Positions 1 through 8,216 of a stretch of 41,340 bases of DNA are shown here, one piece after another (position 1 is the first letter of the stretch; each line of letters begins with the position of its first letter). The notes under the pieces were generated by a model, which was not told where the DNA came from, did not search any database, and saw only the letters and a program-made list of their open reading frames with translations. Made by a program: the position numbers and the translations under genes. The stretch comes from Acidimicrobiaceae bacterium (GTDB lineage Bacteria; Actinomycetota; Acidimicrobiia; Acidimicrobiales; RAAP-2). The DNA lies in assembly GCA_003133075.1 (NCBI GenBank), contig PKZN01000084.1, forward strand, positions 36,827-78,166, given 5' to 3'.

Positions 1-551
1 ATGGGGTTCTTGGTGCCGAGCACGTTGGACATCGCGGTCACCGACACCAGCTTGACGCCTTCTAGGAGTTCGTCGAGTTTGGTGAGATCGAGTCGGTAGT
101 CGTCCGAAACCGGGATGAAACGGACCTCGATGCCGGTGGCGTCACGAAGTTGGAACCACGGCACGATGTTCGCGTGGTGCTCCATCTCCGAGACGAGCAC
201 GACGTCACCGCGAGTGAGCGTGCTCGCCCCCCACGAGTGCGCGAGCAGGTTGAACGACTCGGTGGTGTTCTTGGTGAAGACCACTTCGTCGGCGCCCCCG
301 GGCGCGTTGATGAACGACGCGATTGCGGCGCGCGCGCCTTCGTATTCTTCGGTGGCTTCATTCGCGGTTTGGTAGACCCCGCGGTGCACGTTGGCGTGGT
401 GAAGTTCGTAGTAGCGGCTCATCGCTTCGATGACGGCTCGTGGTTGGAGGGAACTCGCGCCGGAGTCGAGGTAGGTGATGGGTCGCCCGTTGACCATCCG
501 TCGAAGCAGCGGCACGTCGGCGCGCACGCGGCGCGCGTTGAAGCTGGTCAC
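1..551 (-). CDS. sufS: Cysteine desulfurase SufS, N-terminal part (runs off the left edge)
   Basis: Not in the ORF track. Manual translation from GTG 551: MTSFNARRVRADVPLLRRMVNGRPITYLDSGASSLQPRAVIEAMSRYYELHHANVHRGVY. YLDS and ANVHRG are SufS motifs. GTGA overlap with the sufC stop. Confidence 0.93.
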   Translation of the reverse strand, partial: MTSFNARRVRADVPLLRRMVNGRPITYLDSGASSLQPRAVIEAMSRYYELHHANVHRGVYQTANEATEEYEGARAAIASFINAPGGADEVVFTKNTTESFNLLAHSWGASTLTRGDVVLVSEMEHHANIVPWFQLRDATGIEVRFIPVSDDYRLDLTKLDELLEGVKLVSVTAMSNVLGTKNP

Positions 552-1306
552 GCGCGCACCGGTCGCCAGGCGTCGTAGCCGTCGCGGTCGATCTCGCGAG
601 CGAGTTCGGCCCCGCCGCTGTGGACGATCTGGCCGTCGAAGAGCACGTGCACGTAGTTCGGCTGGATCTCGTCGAGCAACTTCACGTAGTGGGTGACGAC
701 CACCGCGCCCATGGAGGGGTGCTGTTCGCGCACGGTGGAGACGCCCTTGGCGACCACGCGCAGGGCGTCGATGTCGAGACCCGAGTCAGTTTCGTCGAGC
801 AGTGCGATGACCGGCTCCAGTAGCGCCATCTGGAGAACCTCGTTGCGCTTGCGCTCACCACCGGAGAAGCCGTCGTTGAGGTGTCGTTCGGCGAACGCGG
901 CGTCGATGCCGAGTCGGTCCATCCATTCGGCCAGGTCGAGGCGGACCTCGAGGACGCTGAGTTCGTCCAGTCCCTTACGCGCGGCGATCGCCTGGCGCAA
1001 GAACTGGATCACCGAGACGCCGCTGATCGCCTCGGGGTACTGAAAGGCGAGGAAGATGCCGGCGCGCGCGCGCACATCGGGGGTCCAGGTCGCGATGTCC
1101 TCGCCGTTGAGCAGGATTTCGCCGCTGGTGACGCGGTAGCCGGGATGTCCCATGATGACGCTCGCGAGCGTTGACTTACCCGCGCCGTTGGGGCCCATGA
1201 GCGCGTGCACTTCGCCCGCGTAGACCGCGAGGTCGACCCCACGCAGAATCGTCGCGTCGTCGGCCTCCGCGTGGAGGTTACGCAGCTCGAGAACTGGAAT
1301 TGGCAC
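548..1306 (-). CDS. sufC: Fe-S cluster assembly ABC ATPase SufC
   Basis: Walker A GPNGAGKS, LAFQYP, FSGGERKRNE, LDETDSGLDIDA, VVTHY. Confidence 0.96.
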   Translation of the reverse strand: MPIPVLELRNLHAEADDATILRGVDLAVYAGEVHALMGPNGAGKSTLASVIMGHPGYRVTSGEILLNGEDIATWTPDVRARAGIFLAFQYPEAISGVSVIQFLRQAIAARKGLDELSVLEVRLDLAEWMDRLGIDAAFAERHLNDGFSGGERKRNEVLQMALLEPVIALLDETDSGLDIDALRVVAKGVSTVREQHPSMGAVVVTHYVKLLDEIQPNYVHVLFDGQIVHSGGAELAREIDRDGYDAWRPVRA

Positions 1307-1347
1307 GCAGCGAGCCTACTGGCGGAGACCGTCGCGACGACCGATTT

Positions 1348-1965
1348 TTACCAGCCGCGATCGATCCACTCATCGAGGTGCGGGCGCTCGGTCCCGATCG
1401 TCGAGGGCGCACCGTGACCGGGCCAGATCGTGGTCGCGGCGCCGTAGACGCGGAAGAGTCGCTCCTCAATCGAGGTGATGATCGTGGGGAAGCTGCCGCC
1501 CTCGGAGGCGGTGTTGCCCGGCCCCCCGGGGAAGAGGGTGTCGCCGGTGAAGAGCATCGGGGTGTTCTCCAACGCAAAGCAGATGCTGCCCGGCGTGTGA
1601 CCGGGCGTGTGCACGCTGCGCAGGCGTAGGTGACCAACCTCGTGCACGGAGTCGTCTTCGATGACGTGGTCGTAGCTTGGCAGCATGGCCGCGTCCTCTG
1701 CTTGCACCCAGACGTCGATCCCGGCCGCGCGGACCTCTTCGACGGCGCCAATGTGGTCCCAGTGCCCGTGGGTCTCTAGGACCGAGGTGACCCCCAGACT
1801 GGTCGCCACGCGAAGGAGCCGCTCGTGCTCATTCGCGGCATCGATCAATGCCGCCACGCCGCTCCGCCGACAACGCACGACGTAGACGTTGTTGGCGATA
1901 GGCCCCACGACGAAGCGGTACACCTCGGCGCCCGCGTCGGACCAGACCAGTTCCACGTTGTCCAC
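1348..1965 (-). CDS. MBL-fold metallo-hydrolase (glyoxalase II-like)
   Basis: THGHWDH, HTPGHTPG, TGD and PGHG motifs. Start moved to GTG 1965 because the longer ORF overlaps the divergent gene. Confidence 0.9.
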   Translation of the reverse strand: MDNVELVWSDAGAEVYRFVVGPIANNVYVVRCRRSGVAALIDAANEHERLLRVATSLGVTSVLETHGHWDHIGAVEEVRAAGIDVWVQAEDAAMLPSYDHVIEDDSVHEVGHLRLRSVHTPGHTPGSICFALENTPMLFTGDTLFPGGPGNTASEGGSFPTIITSIEERLFRVYGAATTIWPGHGAPSTIGTERPHLDEWIDRGW

Positions 1966-2047
1966 GACCCCAGACTGACACGAAATCCCCGCGGTGGAGA
2001 GTTGAGTAATCTCGGTCGTGGCGGTAGGCGCGGAGAATGAGGGTGCG

Positions 2048-3163
2048 ATGAATTTTGGCTTCAGCGAAGAGCAAGACGAACTTCGCAAAATGGTGCGGCG
2101 CTTCTTAGAAGAGAAGTCGCCCGAGACCGAGGTCCGACGACTCATGGCGACCGAGGAGGGCTACGACCCCGCGGTGTGGTCGCAGATGGCGAACGAGCTC
2201 GCCCTCCAGGGACTCGGGATTCCTGAAGAGTTCGGCGGCCAGGGATACGGTCCGGTTGAGCTCTACGTGGTCTTTGAAGAGATGGGCGCCGCGCTGCTCT
2301 GCGCGCCGTACTTCTCGACCGTGGCGCTCGCCGCCAACGCGTTGCTCTTCGTTGGCAACGAGAAAGACCACGCCGCGTACTTGCCGGGGATCGCCTCGGG
2401 CGAGACGATTGCGACGGTGGCCCTGACCGACGACGCCGGGATGTGGGACCTTCGTTCCACCTCGACGACCGCGACGCGCGAGGGGGACCACTTCGTGATC
2501 AGCGGCGTACGCAGCTACGTGACCGACGGGTCAACCGCGACGCTGTTACTCGTGCCTGCCGTCACCGACAAGGGTCTCTCCCTCTTCGCCGTGGCCGGTG
2601 ACGCCGAGGGTGTCACGCGCGAGGTCTTAGCGACGATGGACCAGACCCGCAAGCAGAGCCGCATCGAGTTCGCCAACGCACCCGCGACACTCGTGGGCGA
2701 GGAGGGCGCCGCGCTCGCCGGCCTCGAGACGACCGCCCAGGTGGCCGCCGCGGCGTTGGCGGCCGAGCAGGTGGGCGGCGCCCAGCGGGTGCTCGACGCG
2801 TCGGTTGAGTACGCGAAGAACCGCGTCCAATTCGGCCGGCCCATTGGTTCGTTCCAAGCGATCAAGCACAAGTGCGCCGACATGCTGCTCGACGTCGAGT
2901 CCGCGAAGTCGGCCGCGTACTACGCCGCCTGGGCCGCGCAGGAGCGCAACGAGGAACTCCCCATCGCCGCGTCCCTGGCCAAGTCCTTCTGCTCGGAGGC
3001 CTACTTCCACTGCGCGGCGGAGAATATCCAGATCCACGGGGGCATCGGCTTCACCTGGGAGCACCCGGCGCATCTCTACTTCAAGCGAGCCAAGAGTTCA
3101 GAACTGTTCCTCGGCGACCCGGCGTACCACCGAGAACTGCTGGCGCAGCGCCTGGGCATCTAG
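2048..3163 (+). CDS. Acyl-CoA dehydrogenase family protein (resembles beta subunits of heteromeric ACADs)
   Basis: MNFGFSEEQ start, RVQFGRPIGSFQAIKH, QIHGGIGFTWEH. The C-terminal YEGT motif position reads FLGD. Confidence 0.9.
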   Translation: MNFGFSEEQDELRKMVRRFLEEKSPETEVRRLMATEEGYDPAVWSQMANELALQGLGIPEEFGGQGYGPVELYVVFEEMGAALLCAPYFSTVALAANALLFVGNEKDHAAYLPGIASGETIATVALTDDAGMWDLRSTSTTATREGDHFVISGVRSYVTDGSTATLLLVPAVTDKGLSLFAVAGDAEGVTREVLATMDQTRKQSRIEFANAPATLVGEEGAALAGLETTAQVAAAALAAEQVGGAQRVLDASVEYAKNRVQFGRPIGSFQAIKHKCADMLLDVESAKSAAYYAAWAAQERNEELPIAASLAKSFCSEAYFHCAAENIQIHGGIGFTWEHPAHLYFKRAKSSELFLGDPAYHRELLAQRLGI

Positions 3164-3169
3164 TCGCTC

Positions 3170-3916
3170 GTGCTCGTCCACGAGCAGATCAAGAGCGGAC
3201 GGACGGTCCTCGACCTTCGTCTCTCTAACTCGAACGCACGTCCCCTCCCCGGGCACGTCCTCGTGCTGGTGCACGGACTGCCCCGTCTGGTGGGCATGGG
3301 CCGCCAAGCCGCGGGGCTCTTGCCCGAACTGGCCGAACACGTCGCCACCGAATCGGGGTGGCTGGTCGCCTCGGGCACGCTCTCGGGCGTCGGGGGCAGC
3401 ACCGGCACGTTCTCGGCGTCCAAGTGGCTCGACGACCTGCGCGTCATCATCGATCGCGTCGCCGACGAAGAACAACGCGTCTCCCTCGCCGGATTCGGCT
3501 TCGGGGGATCGCTCGCCTTGGCGGTCGCGGCGAAGGACGAACGCGTGCGCGGGGTGGCGACCTTCGCCGCGCCCGCGCACCTGGCCGCGTGGGGCGGATC
3601 GCCCGAGGAGATCCACCGCGCCGTCCAGGTGGCGGGCGTCGTGGGGGACGAGAAGGACCTGCTCGACGCGGCGGCCTTGTATCAGGACCTGCTCGCCGTC
3701 GACCCGATGGGCGCCATCGCCAAGATCCCGCCGCGGCGACTGTTGATTGGACACGGGACCGACGATCTCGAAGTACCGGCCTCGGACGCGCGCGATCTTG
3801 TCGCCGCCGCCGACGGAAGGGCGGAACTGCGTCTGATCCAAGGGGCGGGTCATCAGCTTCGGGCCGATCCCCGGATGGTGGCGACGCTCCTAGGTTGGCT
3901 GGACCGTCACCGCTAG
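3170..3916 (+). CDS. Alpha/beta hydrolase-fold protein with a Ser-less nucleophile elbow
   Basis: LVHG, LAGFGFGGS, HGTDD, GAGH. Confidence 0.82.
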   Translation: MLVHEQIKSGRTVLDLRLSNSNARPLPGHVLVLVHGLPRLVGMGRQAAGLLPELAEHVATESGWLVASGTLSGVGGSTGTFSASKWLDDLRVIIDRVADEEQRVSLAGFGFGGSLALAVAAKDERVRGVATFAAPAHLAAWGGSPEEIHRAVQVAGVVGDEKDLLDAAALYQDLLAVDPMGAIAKIPPRRLLIGHGTDDLEVPASDARDLVAAADGRAELRLIQGAGHQLRADPRMVATLLGWLDRHR

Positions 3917-4534
3917 CAGCGCGTCGTCGAGCGCGCTCCTGATCGCTCGGGCCGCTCCTTCGGGGTCGTTTGATTCAGTGAGTGCCCGCACCACTACGAA
4001 GTGGCGTAGTCCCGCGTCGACGAGTCCAGCGACGTTGGCGGCGTTGACGCCGCCCGTTACGAACACTGGCCGAGGAGTACGCGTCTGGCTGGTCGTCGCG
4101 TACGCGACACCGGTGCCCGCGCGGCCCAACTTGGTAGGGGTGGGCACGATCGGCCCGGCGCTGAAGTACGTTGCGTCCTCATCGAGCGCTCGGTCGAACT
4201 CCTCGCTCGAGTGCGTCGAGAGCCCCACGATCGCGGCTCTGCCGAGTAACGCGCGACAGTGCGTCACGCTGACGTCGTCTTGACCAACGTGGACGCCATC
4301 GGCCCCTGCGGCGAGCGCCAACTCCGGAGAATCGTTCACAATGAAGGGCACGCCCGCGTCGTGGCATATCGAACGCATCAGTCGAGCCGCGTCGAGTTGT
4401 TCTTCGGGCGGCGCGACCTTTTCGCGCAGTTGCACGATGTCGACCCCACCGCGCAGCGCCGCCGGAAGGAACACACCCAGGTCGTCGCGCAGTCCCACGC
4501 AGAGGTAGAGCTGGCGGGTTGAGAGGTCGAACAC
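3890..4534 (-). CDS. thiE: Thiamine-phosphate synthase
   Basis: VQLREK, IVND, ADGVHVGQDD, GLSTHS, PTPTK, GGV. Confidence 0.95.
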   Translation of the reverse strand: MFDLSTRQLYLCVGLRDDLGVFLPAALRGGVDIVQLREKVAPPEEQLDAARLMRSICHDAGVPFIVNDSPELALAAGADGVHVGQDDVSVTHCRALLGRAAIVGLSTHSSEEFDRALDEDATYFSAGPIVPTPTKLGRAGTGVAYATTSQTRTPRPVFVTGGVNAANVAGLVDAGLRHFVVVRALTESNDPEGAARAIRSALDDALLAVTVQPT

Positions 4535-4598
4535 GCCCCCACCCTAGAAGGGGGGCTCACGCGTCACTCCGGGAAGGTACGTGAGGCAGAATGGTTGG

Positions 4599-5057
4599 GT
4601 GCAGATTCCCGCCAAGGCCGAGTACGCGATTCGCGCACTCTTGACCCTGGCGGCGAGTGACGTGTCGGTGAGTGCCGACCACCTGGCCCACGAACAAGAC
4701 CTACCGGCCAAGTTTCTCGGAGCGATCCTCTCCGACCTTCGCCGCGGGGGACTCGTCACCAGTCAGCGCGGCCCCGAGGGTGGCTTTAAATTGGCGCGCG
4801 ACCCCGACACCATCATGATCGCCGACATCCTGCGCGTGGTCAGTGGTCCGATGGCGGGGGTGCGCGGCATGCGTCCAGAGACCTTGATCTACGAGGGTGA
4901 AGCCAAACACCTCCGCGACGTGTGGGTCGCGGTGCGCGGCACGCTGCGCGAAGTCCTCGAGCACGTCACCCTCGGTCAGGTGCTGCGCGGGGAGCTCCCC
5001 GTCGCCGTTACGAGGTTCACGAGCGATCCGGACGCCTGGATTACCCGAGTCATATGA
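4599..5057 (+). CDS. Rrf2-family transcriptional regulator without Cys ligands
   Basis: KAEYAIRAL, LRRGGLVTSQRGPEGGFKLARDP. No cysteines. Start GTG 4599 lies 6 nt after CAGAAT. Confidence 0.9.
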   Translation: MQIPAKAEYAIRALLTLAASDVSVSADHLAHEQDLPAKFLGAILSDLRRGGLVTSQRGPEGGFKLARDPDTIMIADILRVVSGPMAGVRGMRPETLIYEGEAKHLRDVWVAVRGTLREVLEHVTLGQVLRGELPVAVTRFTSDPDAWITRVI

Positions 5058-5491
5058 TTCGCATCTATACCGATGGCGCCTGCCGCGGTAACCCGGGACC
5101 GGGAGGCTGGGCGTGGGCGAGTGACGCGAGCGACTTCGCCAGCGGCGCCGAAGCCCACACGACGAACCAACGCATGGAAGTGCGCGCGGTCATCGAAGCG
5201 CTACTCGAACACTCCAGCGGCCCCATCCACATCGTCAGCGACTCGACCTACGTCGTCAAGTGCTTCCACGACAAGTGGTACGCGGGATGGAAGCGACGCG
5301 GTTGGAAGAACTCCAAGGGTGACCCTGTCGCGAACCGGGACCTCTGGGAGACGTTGATCCCCCTCGTGCTCGAGGGCGGTCGAGCGGTCACGTTTTCGTG
5401 GGTGAAGGGACATTCGGGGGACCGGATGAACGACTTCGTCGACGAACTCGCGACGTCCGCCGCCGACGCCCAGATCGGGCGACACTCCTAG
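5054..5491 (+). CDS. rnhA: Ribonuclease HI
   Basis: IYTDGACRGNPGPGGW, TTNQRME, SDSTYV, WKRRGW, NRDLW, WVKGHSG, N..VDELA. ATGA overlap with rrf2. Confidence 0.96.
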   Translation: MIRIYTDGACRGNPGPGGWAWASDASDFASGAEAHTTNQRMEVRAVIEALLEHSSGPIHIVSDSTYVVKCFHDKWYAGWKRRGWKNSKGDPVANRDLWETLIPLVLEGGRAVTFSWVKGHSGDRMNDFVDELATSAADAQIGRHS

Positions 5492-5590
5492 TACCGGTGC
5501 TGATCGAGGTGCCTATCCTCGTCCTGGCCCGGGCGCCAAAACATTAGGCTTCCTCCGGGGGAGGTCGCCGTTCTACTGAAGGGAAATGCC

Positions 5591-7006
5591 GTGGCAAACG
5601 AGGTCCAACAGTTCGATGTGGTCGTGATCGGTGGAGGACCCGGAGGCTACGCCGCCGCCCTCTACGGTGCCGCCGCCGGACTCAATATCGCCATCGTCGA
5701 ATTCGACAAGGTCGGTGGGACCTGCCTGCACCGCGGCTGCGTCCCGGCGAAGGAGTTCTTAGAGACCGCCCACGTGCGTCGCACCGTCGAGCACGCCTCG
5801 AACTTCGGGATCGAGGCGACCGGCGTGACGGTCGATTTCGCGGTCAGCCAGAATCGCAAGAACGAGATCGTCGACCGCCTCTTCAAGGGACTCTCAGGTC
5901 TCCTCAAGGGTCGCAAGGTGACAATCTTTTCGGGCACCGGTCGACTCGAGAAGGACCTGACGGTCACCGTGGTCGACGGCGCCGACGCCGGGGTCGTCGC
6001 AAAGGGAACCAACGTGATCTTGGCAGCGGGTTCGGTCCCGCGGACCATCCCCGGTTTTGACATCGACGGCACGCTCGTGCTGACTTCGGATGAGTTCTTG
6101 GACCTCAGCGCATTGCCCGAGCGCGCGACGGTGATCGGCGGCGGTGCGATTGGTTGTGAGTTCGCGTCGCTGCTTTCTGATATGGGCACCAAGGTGACGA
6201 TCCTCGAGGGGTTGCCTTCGATCCTGGCGGGGTGTGACAGCGAAGTCGCCACCGTCGTACAGCGTTCGTTCAAGAAGCGCGGCATTGACATCCGCGTCGG
6301 TGTGAAGATCACCGGCCACACCCCCAAAAAGGGCACGACCACCATCGCCATCGAGGGCGAGGACGGCGTGGAGACGGACATGGTCGTGATGTCCGTTGGC
6401 CGACGTGCGCGCACCGAGGGCCTACTCGCGGACGGCACCGGTGTTGAGATCAACGCCGGTGGGTTCGTGGTGGCTGATTCCTTCATGCGCACTTCGGCGC
6501 CCAACGTCTTCGCCGTCGGTGACGTCGTCGCGGGCACCCCGCAACTCGCCCACGTCGGCTTCGCGGAAGCGATCGTCGCGATAAAGACCATCCTCGGCGA
6601 GCCCGCCGTTCCCGTCGACTACGACCGCGTGCCCTGGGCAATCTATTCCAACCCCGAGGTCGCCTTCTGTGGTCTCACCGAAGCTGCCGCCAAGGAAAAG
6701 GGTTACGACGTCGTCGTGAAGAAGGATCCCTTTGGTGGGAACTCCCGCGCCCAGATCATCGGCGACACCGAGGGCGTCGTCAAGATCATCGCCGAGAAGC
6801 GAGCCGACGGCTCGGGTGGCCAGATACTGGGCGTGCACATGGCGGGACCGTGGGTCACCGAACAACTCGGCGCCGGATACTTCGCCGTGAACTGGGAGGC
6901 GACCGCCGAGGAGGCGGCCGCGCTGATTCAGCCCCACCCGTCGCTTTCGGAGACCTTCGGCGAGACCCTGCTCGCACTGGCGGGACGAGGATTGCACCTT
7001 GCCTGA
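5591..7006 (+). CDS. lpdA: Dihydrolipoyl dehydrogenase (E3)
   Basis: GGGPGG, redox motif GGTCLHRGCVP, GGGAIG, HPSLSE. Confidence 0.96.
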   Translation: MANEVQQFDVVVIGGGPGGYAAALYGAAAGLNIAIVEFDKVGGTCLHRGCVPAKEFLETAHVRRTVEHASNFGIEATGVTVDFAVSQNRKNEIVDRLFKGLSGLLKGRKVTIFSGTGRLEKDLTVTVVDGADAGVVAKGTNVILAAGSVPRTIPGFDIDGTLVLTSDEFLDLSALPERATVIGGGAIGCEFASLLSDMGTKVTILEGLPSILAGCDSEVATVVQRSFKKRGIDIRVGVKITGHTPKKGTTTIAIEGEDGVETDMVVMSVGRRARTEGLLADGTGVEINAGGFVVADSFMRTSAPNVFAVGDVVAGTPQLAHVGFAEAIVAIKTILGEPAVPVDYDRVPWAIYSNPEVAFCGLTEAAAKEKGYDVVVKKDPFGGNSRAQIIGDTEGVVKIIAEKRADGSGGQILGVHMAGPWVTEQLGAGYFAVNWEATAEEAAALIQPHPSLSETFGETLLALAGRGLHLA

Positions 7007-8216
7007 CGTCACGCTGCCATCTTTGGGTGAGTCGGTCACCGAAGGGACCATTACCCAATGGTTCAAGAAGGTTGGCGACGTCGTCGCGCGAGACGAGCCA
7101 CTCTTTGAGGTCTCAACCGACAAAGTTGACTCCGAGATGCCCTCGCCGGCGGCGGGTATCTTGACTGAGATCATCGCGGGCGAGGGCGACACGGTGCAGA
7201 CCGGTTCACGCGTCGCGGTGATCGATGATTCGGGTGCACCCGCTGGCGCGCCGGTCGCGTCTGCGACGACAGAAGCGCCCCCTTCGCCCACGGCGAGTGC
7301 TCCCGTGGCCGAGGTTGCCACGAGTGCACCACCGGTGGCCGCAGCACCTGCTGCTCCAGTGCCAGAAGAGAGTTCGAATACCGGCGTGGTCGTCTCGCCC
7401 GTGGTGCGTCGCATCCTCAGTGACGGCGGCGTTGAAGCGTCGAGCGTCCAAGGCACCGGACCCGGCGGTTCAATCACCCGGCGCGACGCCGAACGAGCCG
7501 TGGCCCAGGGCCCGACCGAAGAGGTCGTCGTGCCGCTCTCCAACGGGAAACGGCGAATGGGCCAACACATGTCGGTCTCGAGCCAAAGCACGCCGCACGG
7601 TTTCGTCGCCATAGAAGTCGATGGGAGCATCTTCGCTCAGCTCGACAAACTCGGCCGCGTCACGCGCGACGGTGAAGCGATCACCGATGAGATGGTCGTG
7701 AGCCTGGCGGCGGTGCGGGCATTGGCCGAGTTCGAATCGCTAAACGCCACCTACGTTGGTGATGAGTTCGTTCTCCATCGCACCGTCAATCTCGGCGTGC
7801 TCCGCTCCATCGCCGATGACGGGATGCTGGTGCCAGTGGTGCACGCCGCGGCCGGTCTCACGTTGCGCGCACTGGCGCGACGAGTGAACGAGCTCGATGA
7901 GCGTCTCGCGTCTCGACAACTCACGACGGACGACCTCATGGGCGGTACGTTCACGATCGCGGGCTCGCCGAGTGAGCACACGCTATGGACGACGCCCATC
8001 ATCATTCAGCCCGAAGTGGCGATTCTTTCAATGGGCGCGGTCCGTACGGTTCCAGTTGTCAAGACCAGCGGCAAGACGCCGAAGATCGAGGTCGGTCGTC
8101 GCTTGGTCCTAGGGCTCTCCTTCGACCACCGGGTCTGTGAGCCCGTCGGTGCGGCGAGCTACCTCGAACGCGTCGCCGAACTCCTCGCCGGGATGGACCT
8201 AGAGAGCGAGCGCTAG
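6999..8216 (+). CDS. 2-oxoacid dehydrogenase E2-like protein: lipoyl domain, PSBD and a divergent acyltransferase core
   Basis: EVSTDKVDSE lipoyl-Lys motif, Ala/Pro linker, PSBD SPVVRR..GTGPGGSITRRD, core ending SFDHRVCEP. Confidence 0.88.
   Translation: MPDVTLPSLGESVTEGTITQWFKKVGDVVARDEPLFEVSTDKVDSEMPSPAAGILTEIIAGEGDTVQTGSRVAVIDDSGAPAGAPVASATTEAPPSPTASAPVAEVATSAPPVAAAPAAPVPEESSNTGVVVSPVVRRILSDGGVEASSVQGTGPGGSITRRDAERAVAQGPTEEVVVPLSNGKRRMGQHMSVSSQSTPHGFVAIEVDGSIFAQLDKLGRVTRDGEAITDEMVVSLAAVRALAEFESLNATYVGDEFVLHRTVNLGVLRSIADDGMLVPVVHAAAGLTLRALARRVNELDERLASRQLTTDDLMGGTFTIAGSPSEHTLWTTPIIIQPEVAILSMGAVRTVPVVKTSGKTPKIEVGRRLVLGLSFDHRVCEPVGAASYLERVAELLAGMDLESER

Noticed and set aside
5662-7630. Long antisense ORFs (5662-6591, 6422-7630 and similar elsewhere)
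   Set aside because: Shadow ORFs expected from high-GC codon bias opposite well-supported genes.
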